Assembly: GCA_964558595.1 (NCBI GenBank)
Contig: CAZLER010000008.1
Location: 830-64,829 of the forward strand
DNA: 64,000 nucleotides
Direction: 5' to 3'
Source: an uncultured Thermotogae bacterium
GTDB taxonomy: Bacteria; Bipolaricaulota; Bipolaricaulia; UBA7950; UBA9294
This document shows positions 19,002 to 29,483 of this stretch, piece by piece. The translations under genes were made by a program, and so were the position numbers. The notes beneath the pieces are model-generated. The model was not told the origin of the DNA. It saw only the letters and a program-made list of their open reading frames with translations, and made no database searches. The first letter of the stretch is position 1. Each line of letters starts with the position of its first letter.

Positions 19002-19684
19002 TCCGACACCCCTCCTGGTTCGTGGGTTGCGTGGCGTTCTGCGGCATAGGCGCAGTCGTTCCGAAGTGGACAGCGGGGGCAGTCGGGGGTGCGGGGATGG
19101 CAGATCTCCCGTCCCAGCCGGATGGTCAGGAGATGGAGCCCCCCCATCAGCGCCGGATCGTCGGGCAGCAGGTCGTTCATCCGCTGATGCGGATCGAAAC
19201 CCGGCTCTACGAGGCCGACCCGGGTGAGGACCCGTCGGATGTGGGTGTCGACCGGGAAGTACGGCTTTCCGAACGAGAAGAGCATGACGATCCCGGCCGT
19301 CTTCCGTCCGACCCCGGGTGACGCGAGCAGCCATTGCATCGCCGCATCGAGGGGAAGGTCTCCGAGGAAGGATAGGTCGAGTGCCCCGCGCTCGTGGTGG
19401 ATCCTCTCGAGGACCTGGCGGATCCGCTCGGACTTCTGTCGGTGCAACCCTCCGATGCGAATCGCGTCGGCGATCTGATCGACGGGTGCTGTGCGAACCG
19501 CATCGAGGCTGCCGAACCGATCAAGCAACGATGCATACGCCCGATCGCGATGGGTGTCGCTGGTGTTCTGAGACAGGATGGTGAGCACAAGCGATTCGAC
19601 CGGTTGGGACCGGACGAGGTCCGGCTCTCCATACCGATCGATCAGCCGCTCGGCGATCCAAACGGCGCGTTTCGACGGGTTCAT
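18998..19684 (-). CDS. nth: Endonuclease III
   Basis: ORF trimmed to Met 19684 (MNPSKRAVWIAERL...). HhH-GPD fold and C-terminal C-X6-C-X2-C-X5-C [4Fe-4S] loop (CHPRTPDCPRCPLRNDC). Confidence 0.85.
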   Translation of the reverse strand: MNPSKRAVWIAERLIDRYGEPDLVRSQPVESLVLTILSQNTSDTHRDRAYASLLDRFGSLDAVRTAPVDQIADAIRIGGLHRQKSERIRQVLERIHHERGALDLSFLGDLPLDAAMQWLLASPGVGRKTAGIVMLFSFGKPYFPVDTHIRRVLTRVGLVEPGFDPHQRMNDLLPDDPALMGGLHLLTIRLGREICHPRTPDCPRCPLRNDCAYAAERHATHEPGGVSE

Positions 19685-19755
19685 GTGACGAGCATAGATC
19701 GTCCGGCGGGGGGCCGCAACTGGCCACTGACGTCGGTGATTGGTACGATCGCTGC

Positions 19756-20169
19756 ATGATCGAAGCGAGAGCGGGAGAGGACATCGTTGTACGGATGGTG
19801 GACGGAGAGGCACTTCCCTTCGGGCTGGAATCGATGGGCTCGCATGGTGCGATCGTCGTCTGCGGGATCGGGATGCTGCGGCAGATCGAGCTGGGGTACT
19901 GGAACGGCGAGCGCTACGAGAAGCATCGCTACGACCCGCCGGTCGAGCTCGTGTCCCTTCAGGGCAACATCGCTCGACACGGTGACGAGTCCGTTGTGCA
20001 TGTGCATGCCTGCGTCGCGAAGCGAGACGGCTCCACCCTTGCCGGGCATCTGTTCTCGGGGACGGTTCACAACACCGCTGAGATCGCCTTGCGCCAACCC
20101 ACGGGGATTCACCTCTCCCGAGTCGCCGAGGAGACCGGATTGACCGGGCTGCGTCCTGAGGCTAGCTGA
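19756..20169 (+). CDS. PPC (DUF296) domain DNA-binding protein
   Basis: 137 aa; …GAIVVCGIGML…NGERYEKH…LQGNI… pattern of the plants-and-prokaryotes-conserved domain. Confidence 0.6.
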   Translation: MIEARAGEDIVVRMVDGEALPFGLESMGSHGAIVVCGIGMLRQIELGYWNGERYEKHRYDPPVELVSLQGNIARHGDESVVHVHACVAKRDGSTLAGHLFSGTVHNTAEIALRQPTGIHLSRVAEETGLTGLRPEAS

Positions 20170-21085
20170 ACGTCGCGGGGCCGTGCAGTCCGTGGAGGAA
20201 GTCGACCCCGCGGACGCGGGGTCGGCCTTCCCGTTGAATCGAGAGGATCTCGATCGGCCGGTCTCCAGTTCCCACCAGCAGCCGGTCGGTCGCCGCGGGA
20301 CCGAGCTTGCCCGGACCGAGCGCTCCACCTTCGAGATCCGTCAACGCCGTCCGATGGAGCTTCACCCGCTCGTCTCCGAGCATCGTCCACGCCCCTGGCC
20401 ATGGCTGCGTACCGCGAACGAGGTCGTGGATCCTCTGAGCCGGCACGGTCCAGTCGATGCGGCCGTCATCTCGCGACAGCATCGGCGCCATCGAGACCCC
20501 CTCCTCCGGCTGCGGGGTCGGGGTGACGGTGCCGTCCCGGAGTCGCTCGAGCGTGTTGACGATCAGCTCAGCACCGAGACGAGCCAGTCGCGTTTCGAGC
20601 TCTCCGGCGGTCTCATCGGATCCGATCTCCAGCGAGCGCTGGAGGAGCAGGTCGCCGGTGTCCATCCCTTTGTCGATCAGGAAGGTTGTCACACCGGTCG
20701 TCGTTTCTCCTCGGATGATCGCCCAATGGACGGGCGCGGCGCCCCGGTACGCCGGCAGCAGGGAGGCGTGGATGTTGATCGTACCCAGGGGGGGGAGGGT
20801 GAACACCGGTGGCTTGAGGAGCTGCCCGTACGAGGCGACGACGATCGTCTCGGGCGCAGCGGACCGCAACCGCTCGACCGCCGGTTGCCGGCTGACCCGC
20901 TCCGGCTGGTCGATCGGAAGGCCGAGCCGAAGCGCCTCCTGCTTGACCGGAGAAGGCGTGAGCACCGCGTGACGTCCCACCGGACGGTCCGGCTGGGTGA
21001 CCACCAAGACGATCTCGTGTCGATCGGCGAGGGCGACGAGCGCCGGACAGGCGAACTCGGAGGTGCCCAGGAACGCGATCCTCAC
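20162..21085 (-). CDS. fmt: Methionyl-tRNA formyltransferase
   Basis: ORF trimmed to GTG 21085 (VRIAFLGTSEFA...). Formyltransferase motifs (…HASLLP.YRG..P..W…). Overlaps the def stop by 4 bp. Confidence 0.85.
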   Translation of the reverse strand: MRIAFLGTSEFACPALVALADRHEIVLVVTQPDRPVGRHAVLTPSPVKQEALRLGLPIDQPERVSRQPAVERLRSAAPETIVVASYGQLLKPPVFTLPPLGTINIHASLLPAYRGAAPVHWAIIRGETTTGVTTFLIDKGMDTGDLLLQRSLEIGSDETAGELETRLARLGAELIVNTLERLRDGTVTPTPQPEEGVSMAPMLSRDDGRIDWTVPAQRIHDLVRGTQPWPGAWTMLGDERVKLHRTALTDLEGGALGPGKLGPAATDRLLVGTGDRPIEILSIQREGRPRVRGVDFLHGLHGPATFS

Positions 21086-21573
21086 GAGGTTTCCTCGCGC
21101 TGCTTCCGATGGTACTCCTTGAGGAGGCTCTGTCGACGGGCGGGACTGAGGCGATCGAGGAACAGGCGGCCGGAGAGGTGATCCATCTCGTGTTGGATGG
21201 CCCGGGCCAGCAGCCCCTCCCCCTCGATGCGGACCGTCTCGCGATCGAGGGTGGTGCCTTCGACGACGGCCCGGCTGGCCCGGTTCACCGGTGCGTCGAC
21301 ACCGGGAACGCTCAGGCATCCCTCGGTGACCTGCATCGTCTCCTCGGACGTTTCGATCAGCCGGGGGTTGATCAGGATATGGAACTCGCCGTCGACATCG
21401 AGGACGATGATCTGCTTGGAGATCCCGATCTGGGGTGCCGCCAGACCGGCGCCGTGGGCTCGCAGCATGGTCTCGACCATCCGCTCGCAGATCGCGCGGA
21501 TGTCGTCATCGATCGTCTCGACCGGTTCGGCGGGCCGGCGTAGCGTCGAGTCTCCGTAGGTTCGTATCTCCAT
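21082..21573 (-). CDS. def: Peptide deformylase
   Basis: GCLS, QHEMDH motifs; 163 aa. Confidence 0.9.
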   Translation of the reverse strand: MEIRTYGDSTLRRPAEPVETIDDDIRAICERMVETMLRAHGAGLAAPQIGISKQIIVLDVDGEFHILINPRLIETSEETMQVTEGCLSVPGVDAPVNRASRAVVEGTTLDRETVRIEGEGLLARAIQHEMDHLSGRLFLDRLSPARRQSLLKEYHRKQREETS

Positions 21574-21601
21574 CGAACTCCTCTTGCACCCCGAAACGCC
21601 G

Positions 21602-21630
21602 CATTATAAAGTGGACGCCGGGATGCCTCA
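21602..21630 (-). promoter_or_regulatory. Candidate def-fmt promoter TTGAGG-17-TATAAT (minus strand), overlapping the recG start codon
   Basis: Minus-strand TATAAT (plus 21602-21607) and TTGAGG (plus 21625-21630); def ATG at 21573 preceded by AAGAGGAG. Confidence 0.4.
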
Positions 21631-23884
21631 AGAGAACAGCGATTGGGATGATCGGCTCGAGAAGATCGTGCAGCTGGAGCGATCGACGGGGTTTCGAGAT
21701 CGCGCGGTGACGTGCGGGCTGGAAGCGTTTGTCCGCGCCAACGTGCCGGACGCGGCGTCGATTGTGCGCGGGTATGCGGAGATGCCGGCGCCCGACCGGC
21801 GGCGCTCGGTCGATCGGTTGACCACCCATCTACGCGGTGGAATCGCCCAGCCGCCACGTCGTTCGGCGGACGGGTCGGCCCCCGTGTCGCGGGCGGAAGG
21901 CGTCGGGCCGAAGCGCGCCGCGCGTCTGGCCGTGCTGGGTATCGAGACGATGGAGGACCTGCTGCTGTACTTCCCGCGGCGTCTCGAGGACCGCTCGGCG
22001 GTCGTGCGGATCGGATCCGTCCGACCCGGACAGGAGGTGAGCGTGCGGGGCGAGGTCCAGGCGCTCAGCGAGCGGCGCGTTCATCGCAATCTGACGATCT
22101 TCAAGGCGGCGATCGGAGATGGCACCGGCTTTCTCTACGCCGTCTGGTTCAATCAACCCTGGATGGCCGACCGCCTGGCTCGCGGCGATCGCCTCGATCT
22201 CTATGGAAAGGTAGAGCGCAGCTACGGCGAGCTGCAGATGCGTTCTCCGACGTGGGAGGTGGCGGGCACCGGAGTCGAAACGGGACGGTGGGTCCCCGTC
22301 TATCCGGTGACCGAAGGGATCACCGATCGCCATCTCCGCTCGATCATCGACCGCAACCTCGACCGGTACCTGGAGAGGCTCGACGATCCGCTCCCGGCCG
22401 AGGTGCGAAGCCAACACGGTCTGCTGTCGAGGCGGGTCGCGGTGGAGACGATCCATCGTCCGCCCGATCCTGAGGCGTTCGAACGGGCCCGCCGGACGTT
22501 GGCGTTCGAGGAGCTGCTCCTGTTGCAGATCGCGTTGACCCCCGCTCAACGGGAGCTCCCGGGGCGAGCGTTGTGCCCGGTCGCCGGACTGCTCGACTCG
22601 TTCCTTGCCGGTTTCCCGTTTCGGCTGACCTCGTCGCAGCGCGCTGCCCTCCGCGAGATCACCTCGGATCTCCAGGCACCCCGCCGCATGATGCGCCTGC
22701 TCCAGGGCGACGTCGGATCGGGGAAGACGCTGGTCGCGGTGGCGGCAGCGATCCTCGCGATCGATGCGGGACGCCAGGTTGCCCTGATGGCACCGACGGA
22801 GATCCTGACTGAACAGCACGCGCTGAATCTGCGCCGGTGGCTCGCCGATCTTCCGGTCCGCGTGGAGGTCCTGACCGGAGCCACGCGGGACAAGGCGGCA
22901 ATCCGGGAGCGGGTTTCCGACGGCGAAGTGGATCTCGTGGTTGGCACCCATGCGTTGATTCAGGAGGAGATGGCGTTTCGCGACCTCGGCCTGGTGATGA
23001 TCGACGAGCAGCATCGATTCGGGGTCGTGCAACGGGCCCAGATCGAGGAGAAGGGGGAGCATGTCGACGTCCTCGTGATGAGCGCCACCCCGATTCCCCG
23101 CACGATCACGTTGACGGTCTACGGGGAGTTCGATGTGTCGACGCTCGACGAGCTTCCACTCGGACCACGATCGATCGCCACGCGGTGGCTGCCGGAGCGG
23201 CAGCGCGGTGAAGTCTACGACACCGTCGGACGATACCTGGCCACGAATCGGCGAGGGTACGTCGTCCTCCCGCTGGTCGAGGAATCGGACAAGGTGACGG
23301 CGAAGGCGGCCGTCCAGGTTGCCGAGGAGATGAGACGTCGGTTCGGCGAGGTCGGGGTGGGGCTGATCCACGGGCGCCTGTCCGCGGCCGACAAGGCGGC
23401 GGCGATGGAGCGGTTTCGGTGCGGGGAGGATCGTCTGATGGTCGCGACGACGGTGATCGAAGTGGGGATCGACATCCTCGATGCCGATTTCATGGTGATC
23501 GAACATGCCGATCGCTTCGGTCTGTCCCAACTCCACCAGCTCCGCGGTCGGATCGGTCGCTCCGGTCAGCCGGCGGATTGTTTTGCCGTCGCCGATGCAA
23601 GAACGGAGGAAGCGGCCGAGCGATTGAAGGCGTTCGTGACCCACGCGGATGGCTTCCAGATCGCCGAGGAGGACTTGCGGATCCGCGGCCCGGGCGACCT
23701 GTTGGGGACGCAACAGCATGGGTTCCTCACCCGTCTGCGTGCCGTGGATCTCTTCCGCGACCTCGATCTCATGCGGGAGGCGAGGGACGCCGCGCGCGCG
23801 CTGCGTGCCAGCGGCGCACCGGCCGATGTGGTCAACGCGGCCCACCGGCGATTCGAAGACGCGGCGAAATGGGTTCTGGTCTGA
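21623..23884 (+). CDS. recG: ATP-dependent DNA helicase RecG
   Basis: ORF 21584..23884 (TTG) trimmed to ATG 21623. Wedge domain plus SF2 helicase motifs (GDVGSGKT, DEQHRFG). Confidence 0.85.
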   Translation: MPQENSDWDDRLEKIVQLERSTGFRDRAVTCGLEAFVRANVPDAASIVRGYAEMPAPDRRRSVDRLTTHLRGGIAQPPRRSADGSAPVSRAEGVGPKRAARLAVLGIETMEDLLLYFPRRLEDRSAVVRIGSVRPGQEVSVRGEVQALSERRVHRNLTIFKAAIGDGTGFLYAVWFNQPWMADRLARGDRLDLYGKVERSYGELQMRSPTWEVAGTGVETGRWVPVYPVTEGITDRHLRSIIDRNLDRYLERLDDPLPAEVRSQHGLLSRRVAVETIHRPPDPEAFERARRTLAFEELLLLQIALTPAQRELPGRALCPVAGLLDSFLAGFPFRLTSSQRAALREITSDLQAPRRMMRLLQGDVGSGKTLVAVAAAILAIDAGRQVALMAPTEILTEQHALNLRRWLADLPVRVEVLTGATRDKAAIRERVSDGEVDLVVGTHALIQEEMAFRDLGLVMIDEQHRFGVVQRAQIEEKGEHVDVLVMSATPIPRTITLTVYGEFDVSTLDELPLGPRSIATRWLPERQRGEVYDTVGRYLATNRRGYVVLPLVEESDKVTAKAAVQVAEEMRRRFGEVGVGLIHGRLSAADKAAAMERFRCGEDRLMVATTVIEVGIDILDADFMVIEHADRFGLSQLHQLRGRIGRSGQPADCFAVADARTEEAAERLKAFVTHADGFQIAEEDLRIRGPGDLLGTQQHGFLTRLRAVDLFRDLDLMREARDAARALRASGAPADVVNAAHRRFEDAAKWVLV

Positions 23885-23915
23885 CGACCAGGGAAACGGG
23901 ACGAGAAAACGGCGA

Positions 23916-24608
23916 TCAGTGGATTCGGGTGCCGATGCGCTCCCCGGAAGCCAGCGCCGAAAGGGCGTCCGGTCGGGCGAGGTCGAAGACCTCGATCGGC
24001 AGGTCGTGCTCGCGGCAGATCTCCACGGCGACTTGGTCCATGACGCCGTAACGGTTTTCCAGGTACGCGTCAAACGTCAATTCCCCGATCTGCTGTGCGC
24101 CGTCATCCTGCGACGGGTCGACGTTGTACACCCCGGCGACATTCGATCCCTTGGCAAGCAGGTCGGCTCCGATGGAAACGGCGCGCACAGCGGCGGCCGT
24201 ATCGGTGGTGACCAAGGGGCTGCCGGTTCCACCGGCGAACACGACGATCTCTCCCCGATCGAGGGCGCGGCGCGCGGCACGCGGCGAAACCGACTCGGTG
24301 AGTTCGGTGTCGATGGCGGACTGAACCTGTACGGCGCGTCCGTGGGATTCGAGGTAGCTGCGGAGGGCGAGCGCGTTGAGCACGGTTGCCAACATCCCGA
24401 GGGTGTCCGCCTCGATCCGGTCGAGCCAGGGGCTGCGGGCCCCGCGGATGACGTTGCCGCCCCCGACGACGACGGCGAACTGGGTCGACGCAAGCGAGGC
24501 CAATGCAGTCGAGATACGGGTCAGCGCATCGGGAGAGAACGGCCCGTCGGCTCCTTTGAACGCTTCACCGCTGAGCTTTAGGAGGACGCGAGCAGGGCGT
24601 CGGCACAT
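23916..24608 (-). CDS. pyrH: UMP kinase
   Basis: [12 protein letters not shown]-terminus; amino-acid kinase fold. Overlaps the tsf 3' end by ~30 nt if the start is at 24608. Confidence 0.85.
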   Translation of the reverse strand: MCRRPARVLLKLSGEAFKGADGPFSPDALTRISTALASLASTQFAVVVGGGNVIRGARSPWLDRIEADTLGMLATVLNALALRSYLESHGRAVQVQSAIDTELTESVSPRAARRALDRGEIVVFAGGTGSPLVTTDTAAAVRAVSIGADLLAKGSNVAGVYNVDPSQDDGAQQIGELTFDAYLENRYGVMDQVAVEICREHDLPIEVFDLARPDALSALASGERIGTRIH

Positions 24609-25201
24609 CCGCTGGCCTCGATGGCGAATCGCGCGAACCGACGGACGAAGATGTTCTCGCCGGTCTTGGTGCGCAGGTCGGCGAGCAGCCCTTCGATCGT
24701 CACATCCGGGTTCTTGACGAACGGCTGCTTCGTCAGGCAGTGATCCTGGTAGAAGCGGGACAGCCGCCCCTCGACCGCTTTGGCGATGATCTCCTCGGGC
24801 TTGCCCTGTTCCTTCAACTGTTGCCGGAACTCCCCCTGCTCTTGCTCCAGATCGGCGGGAGGAACGTCTTCGGGTGAGACGTAGCGAGGATCCTCGGCGG
24901 CGATATGCATGGCGACATCATCGGCGAACTGGAGGAACTCGGCGCTGTTGGCGGCGAAATCGGTGTTGCACGCGATCTCCACCAGGACGCCGACCTTTCC
25001 CGTGTGATGGACGTAGGCGACCACACGGCCTTCTTGGGCCTCGCGGCCGATCTGGTCCATGAGCTCGAGACCCTGCTCGCGGAGGATCTCCTTGGCGCGC
25101 TCGATGTCCCCTTCCGCCTCGATCAGCGCGCGCTTGCAGTCCATCATGCCGATGCCGGTTTCTTGGCGCAGCTGTTTGATCCGCTCGATGCTAATCGTCA
25201 T
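24578..25201 (-). CDS. tsf: Elongation factor Ts (short form)
   Basis: N-terminal UBA-like [19 protein letters not shown] motif. Confidence 0.85.
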   Translation of the reverse strand: MTISIERIKQLRQETGIGMMDCKRALIEAEGDIERAKEILREQGLELMDQIGREAQEGRVVAYVHHTGKVGVLVEIACNTDFAANSAEFLQFADDVAMHIAAEDPRYVSPEDVPPADLEQEQGEFRQQLKEQGKPEEIIAKAVEGRLSRFYQDHCLTKQPFVKNPDVTIEGLLADLRTKTGENIFVRRFARFAIEASGCADALLASS

Positions 25202-26135
25202 CTTCCTTGTCCTCGTCGTCCTCGCTTTCCGGGGCTTCAGTCGTTTCGGGCTGTTCCTCGGAGGGGGATTCCGTTGTGCTCTCCTCGCCGGCGGCGGGCG
25301 GCTTCTCGGCTTCCGCTTCGTCCGAGGGCTGTTCCGCTTCGGCAGCCTCGGGCTCAGTCGGTGTCGGCTCTTCGGTCTCGACGCCCTGTGTTTCGGCGGC
25401 TTGCTTCTCGGGAGTCTGTTCCTCGGAAGGGGCCTTCTCGGCGGTGGCTTCCTGTTCCACCTGTTGCCGTCCCTCCCGTCCCTCGATCACGGCGTCCGCG
25501 ATGCGGGCGGTGATCAACTTGGTGGCCTTGATCGCGTCGTCGTTGCCGGGGATGAGGAAGTTGATCGGGTCGGGGTTGCAGTTCGTGTCCACGATGGCGA
25601 TGACGGGGATCCCCACGAGGTTCGCCTCGTGTACCGCGTTCGCCTCGACATCGGGATCGATGACGTAGAGAAGATTCGGCATCCGTTCGAGATGACGGAG
25701 TCCGTTGAGGTTGCGATGGAGTTTGGCCAACTGGCGACGCAGCCGGCTCGCCTCCTTGTTGGGCATGTGATCGATCGTCCCGTCCTCGATCATCATCTCG
25801 AATCGCTTCATCCGCTCGATGCTCTGCTTGATGGTACCGAAGTTCGTCAGGGTCCCACCGAGCCAACGTCGGTTGATGTAGTGGGCTCCGCAGCGTTCCG
25901 CTTCCTCGACGATTGTCGCCTGGACCTGTTTCTTGGTCCCGACGAACAGGACCTCCTCGCCGGCGGCAACGTGATCGCGCACGTAGTAGTACGCCTTCTT
26001 GAACAGATCGACCGTCTGCTCGAGGTCGATGATATGGATCCCCTTGCGCTCGGTGAAGATGTAGCGTGCCATTTTGGGGTTCCACTTCCGGGTTCGGTGC
26101 CCGAAATGCACGCCGGTTTCGAGCAGCTCTTTCAT
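25191..26135 (-). CDS. rpsB: 30S ribosomal protein S2 with ~80 aa acidic low-complexity C-terminal tail
   Basis: ORF 25191..26351 trimmed to Met 26135 ([22 protein letters not shown]...). The C-terminus after the conserved domain is E/P/T/A/Q-rich and ends DEDKEDDD. Confidence 0.85.
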   Translation of the reverse strand: MKELLETGVHFGHRTRKWNPKMARYIFTERKGIHIIDLEQTVDLFKKAYYYVRDHVAAGEEVLFVGTKKQVQATIVEEAERCGAHYINRRWLGGTLTNFGTIKQSIERMKRFEMMIEDGTIDHMPNKEASRLRRQLAKLHRNLNGLRHLERMPNLLYVIDPDVEANAVHEANLVGIPVIAIVDTNCNPDPINFLIPGNDDAIKATKLITARIADAVIEGREGRQQVEQEATAEKAPSEEQTPEKQAAETQGVETEEPTPTEPEAAEAEQPSDEAEAEKPPAAGEESTTESPSEEQPETTEAPESEDDEDKEDDD

Positions 26136-26183
26136 CGTAAGGACTTCCACATCACCCTCCATTGGACATTGCGGTTCGGTTGT

Positions 26184-26218
26184 CGCCGGAGTATAGCGAA
26201 CGACCGTAGACACCGCAA
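26184..26218 (-). promoter_or_regulatory. Candidate rpsB promoter TTGCGG-17-TATACT (minus strand)
   Basis: Minus-strand TTGCGG (plus 26213-26218) and TATACT (plus 26190-26195); predicted 5'UTR ~48 nt. Confidence 0.45.
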
Positions 26219-26240
26219 TCCGGGCGTTCCCGAGCGGTGG

Positions 26241-26270
26241 TTGTCGCAGCTCGGCTCCGGGGGCGATAAT
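26241..26270 (+). promoter_or_regulatory. Candidate dnaB promoter TTGTCG-18-GATAAT
   Basis: TTGTCG at 26241-26246 and GATAAT at 26265-26270; ATG at 26290. Confidence 0.4.
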
Positions 26271-26289
26271 GGTGCCGGGAGGGTGAGCG

Positions 26290-27690
26290 ATGGCACGTAC
26301 AGAGGCGGTACAGGTTGACCGCGACGCGGTCCGCGAGCTGCCCAAGAACATCGAGGCCGAGCAGGTCGTCCTCGGCTCGGCGATCCTTGAGCCGGAGGGA
26401 ACGATTCCGATTCTGGTCCAGAAGCTCGCCCCTGAGTACTTCTACCAGCGCCGCCATCGTGTGATCTTCCGCGCGATCCGTGAGTTGTTCGACCGGGGGG
26501 AGCCTGCCGACATCGTTTCGCTGGCCAACCGTCTCGAGGAGCGCGGCGAGATGGAGCGCGCTGGCGGCAGGATGTACCTCAACGAGCTCATCGACCGGGT
26601 CGCGACGACGGCGAGCCTCGAGTACTACGCGGAGATCGTGAAGAAGAAGGCGACGCTCCGGTCGCTGATCGAGGCCGGAGGTCGGATCAGCGAGCTGGGC
26701 TACGATGAAATCAGCGACACCGACGAGGTGATGGATCGCGCCGAAGCCCTGATCTTCGACATCTCCAGCCGCGACTCGGCGGGATCGTACGTCCTGGTGA
26801 GCGATTTCCTCTACGAGCATATCGATACGTTGGAGGAGCTGCATCGCGATCCCAACCGCCATACGGTGACTGGCTTCTCGACTGGCTTCTCGAAGCTGGA
26901 CGAGATGTTGTCGGGGCTTCAGCGGTCCGATCTCGTCGTGGTGGCCGGCCGCCCGGGGACCGGGAAGACCAGCTTCGCGCTGGCGGTCGCCCGCCACGCG
27001 GCGATTCGGGAGAAGGCGGGGATCGGGATCTTCTCGTTGGAGATGGCCAAGGAGCAGCTGCTCGAGCGGCTGCTGTGCGGTGAGGGGAAGGTCAGCCTGC
27101 ACAAGCTGAGGGGCGGGTACATCCCGAGCGCCAAGTGGCGAGATCTGGCGATGGCGGCGAGCAAGCTGCAGAAGGCGACGATCGTCATCGACGACACGCC
27201 GGGGGCGTCGATCCTGGAGATCCGCGCCAAGGCCCGCCGGATGGCATCCCAGCACAAGATCGACATGATCATCGTCGACTACCTGCAGCTGGTGGAAGGG
27301 GCGGTGCGTTCCGACATCCGCGAGCAGGAGATCGCCCACATCTCCCGGTCGTTGAAGCGGCTGGCCCGCGAGCTCGACGTGCCGGTGATCGCGGTCTCCC
27401 AGCTCAACCGAGCCGTCGAGCAGCGAGAGAAGAAGTACCCGCGGCTGGCCGATCTCCGCGAGAGCGGCGCGATCGAGCAGGACGCCGACGTCGTGATGTT
27501 CATCTACCGTGAGGACTACTATCGGCAGCCGGAGGAAGCCTCGTCGGCCGGAACCACGTCGTCGGAGGCGGAGATCATCATCGCCAAACAGCGCAACGGC
27601 CCGTTGGGCAAGCTCACAGTCAATTTTCACAAGGCGTACGCCAGCTTCTATCCGATGGCGTGGGAAGACGGATCGTCGGCTCCGTTCTGA
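26290..27690 (+). CDS. dnaB: Replicative DNA helicase DnaB
   Basis: N-terminal DnaB domain plus RecA-like domain ([12 protein letters not shown], …DYLQL…). SD GGGAGGG upstream. Confidence 0.9.
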   Translation: MARTEAVQVDRDAVRELPKNIEAEQVVLGSAILEPEGTIPILVQKLAPEYFYQRRHRVIFRAIRELFDRGEPADIVSLANRLEERGEMERAGGRMYLNELIDRVATTASLEYYAEIVKKKATLRSLIEAGGRISELGYDEISDTDEVMDRAEALIFDISSRDSAGSYVLVSDFLYEHIDTLEELHRDPNRHTVTGFSTGFSKLDEMLSGLQRSDLVVVAGRPGTGKTSFALAVARHAAIREKAGIGIFSLEMAKEQLLERLLCGEGKVSLHKLRGGYIPSAKWRDLAMAASKLQKATIVIDDTPGASILEIRAKARRMASQHKIDMIIVDYLQLVEGAVRSDIREQEIAHISRSLKRLARELDVPVIAVSQLNRAVEQREKKYPRLADLRESGAIEQDADVVMFIYREDYYRQPEEASSAGTTSSEAEIIIAKQRNGPLGKLTVNFHKAYASFYPMAWEDGSSAPF

Positions 27691-27769
27691 CGATCCTCGG
27701 ACATGGGGATGCGCGCGGCGGCTTCGGTATAATGCCGCCGAATCCTCGAGACAGGAGTCAGGAGGGGAC

Positions 27770-28153
27770 ATGGCCTATCCGGAGAGGTACCGGTACACGA
27801 AGGATCACGAATGGGTCTCCATTGAGGACGGGAAGGCTCGCATCGGCATCACCGACCATGCACAAGCGGAGTTGGGCGACATCGTTTTCGTCGAGCTTCC
27901 CGCGGTGGGGACGGCCACCAGCGCCGGAGACGTGCTGGCGACAGTGGAATCGGTCAAGGCGGTCGGCGACGTGCTGGCGCCGGTCGACGGGACGGTGGTC
28001 GAGGTCAACGACGCCCTCGAGTCGGCTCCCGAGACGATCAACCAATCGCCGCACGACGAGGCCTGGGTGGCGGTCATCGAATTCTCCGATCCGGCGGCGC
28101 TCGACGATCTTCTCGACGCGGCGCAATACCAGCAGTTCATCGACGAAGGGTAG
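27770..28153 (+). CDS. gcvH: Glycine cleavage system H protein
   Basis: ORF 27509..28153 trimmed to ATG 27770 (SD AGGAGGGG). Lipoyl-lysine motif ESVKAV. Confidence 0.9.
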   Translation: MAYPERYRYTKDHEWVSIEDGKARIGITDHAQAELGDIVFVELPAVGTATSAGDVLATVESVKAVGDVLAPVDGTVVEVNDALESAPETINQSPHDEAWVAVIEFSDPAALDDLLDAAQYQQFIDEG

Positions 28154-28160
28154 GCGCGGG

Positions 28161-29483
28161 ATGCGCTACCTCCCCAATGCTTCTGCCGACCGACGCGAGA
28201 TGCTCGCGTCGATCGGCTTGTCCTCGGCCGACGAGCTATTCGCCGACATCCCGGCGACGGTGATCGAACGGTTCCGCCCGCTCGGGCTGGCGCCGCGCAG
28301 CGAGCAAGAGGTGGTCGCGGAGTTGGCCGCGCTGGCCGAGCGCAATGCGGCTGCCAAGACGTCGTGTTTCATCGGGGGTGGGATCTACGATCACTACGTA
28401 CCCAGCCTCGTCGGCCACGTCCTGTCCCGCTCCGAGTTCTACACCGCGTATACCCCCTACCAACCGGAGATCAGTCAAGGAACCCTCACCTCGATGTTCG
28501 AGTTCCAGACGCTGTTGTGCGAGTTGACGGGGATGGAGGTGGCCAACGCGTCCCTCTACGACGGAGCGACGGCGCTTGCGGAGGCGGTCTTGATGGCCGA
28601 ACGGGTACGGCGTCGGGGACGGATCGCGGTGGCACGATCACTGTTTGGCAACGTCCGCCAGGTGGTCGACACGTACTGCTGGGCCGCCGATGTCGAGCGG
28701 GTGGAGCTGCCGACGCTCCCCACGGGGCGAACCGACCTCTCCGACGTGCCCGACGACGTGTCGGCGCTGGTGGTCCAGACCCCGAATGCCTTCGGCGTGA
28801 TCGAGGATCTGGATGGGCTGCGGGAGCGGATCGGCGATGCCCTGCTGATCGTGTCCGCCCATCCCCTATCGCTTGGCCTCCTCAAGCCGCCGGGAGCCTA
28901 CGGGGCCGATGTCGTCGTTGGGGAAGGACAGTCGTTGGGGCTGCCGATGGCGTTTGGCGGTCCGCTGCTCGGACTGTTCGCCACCCGCAGAAGCTATCTC
29001 CGGCAGATGCCCGGACGGGTGTCGGGCCGCACAGTGGATGTCGAAGGGAACATCGGCTACACGATGGCCGCCCAGACGCGCGAGCAGCATATCCGCCGGG
29101 AGCGGGCCACATCGAACGTCTGCACGAATGCGGCGCTGTGTGCACTGGCGGCCACGGTGTATCTGGCAACCGTGGGAGCGGACGGTCTGCGGCGCGTCGC
29201 CGAGTTGAACGTCGACAAGGCTCACCGGCTGGCTGAGCGGATCGAGGCGCTTCCCGGCTTCGAGCTGCCGTTCTCCGGACCGTTCTTCAACGAGTTTGTC
29301 GTTCGGGTCCCAGAAGACGTCGAGGCGATCCATCGCCGCCTCCTCGAGGCCGATTGTCTGGTGGAGGCGCCGGCCGCCCTCGCAGCCTACGGCCTGGAGA
29401 ACACGCTGCGGATCGCGGTGACGGAACGGAGGAGTGACGAGGATCTGGATCGGTTCGTGGAGGCGCTGGGAGGTGCGCGATGA
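28161..29483 (+). CDS. gcvPA: Glycine dehydrogenase (decarboxylating) subunit 1
   Basis: ORF 27660..29483 trimmed to ATG 28161; N-terminal half of the split P-protein. Confidence 0.9.
   Translation: MRYLPNASADRREMLASIGLSSADELFADIPATVIERFRPLGLAPRSEQEVVAELAALAERNAAAKTSCFIGGGIYDHYVPSLVGHVLSRSEFYTAYTPYQPEISQGTLTSMFEFQTLLCELTGMEVANASLYDGATALAEAVLMAERVRRRGRIAVARSLFGNVRQVVDTYCWAADVERVELPTLPTGRTDLSDVPDDVSALVVQTPNAFGVIEDLDGLRERIGDALLIVSAHPLSLGLLKPPGAYGADVVVGEGQSLGLPMAFGGPLLGLFATRRSYLRQMPGRVSGRTVDVEGNIGYTMAAQTREQHIRRERATSNVCTNAALCALAATVYLATVGADGLRRVAELNVDKAHRLAERIEALPGFELPFSGPFFNEFVVRVPEDVEAIHRRLLEADCLVEAPAALAAYGLENTLRIAVTERRSDEDLDRFVEALGGAR

Noticed and set aside
21830-24073. 747 aa minus-strand ORF
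   Set aside because: Antisense to recG, which has unambiguous helicase motifs; spurious long ORF typical of 68% GC DNA.
27691-27769. Possible glycine riboswitch upstream of gcvH
   Set aside because: Only 79 bp of non-coding sequence, too short for a glycine aptamer. A TATAAT-containing hairpin (CGGCGGC-N11-GCCGCCG) is present but no riboswitch consensus.
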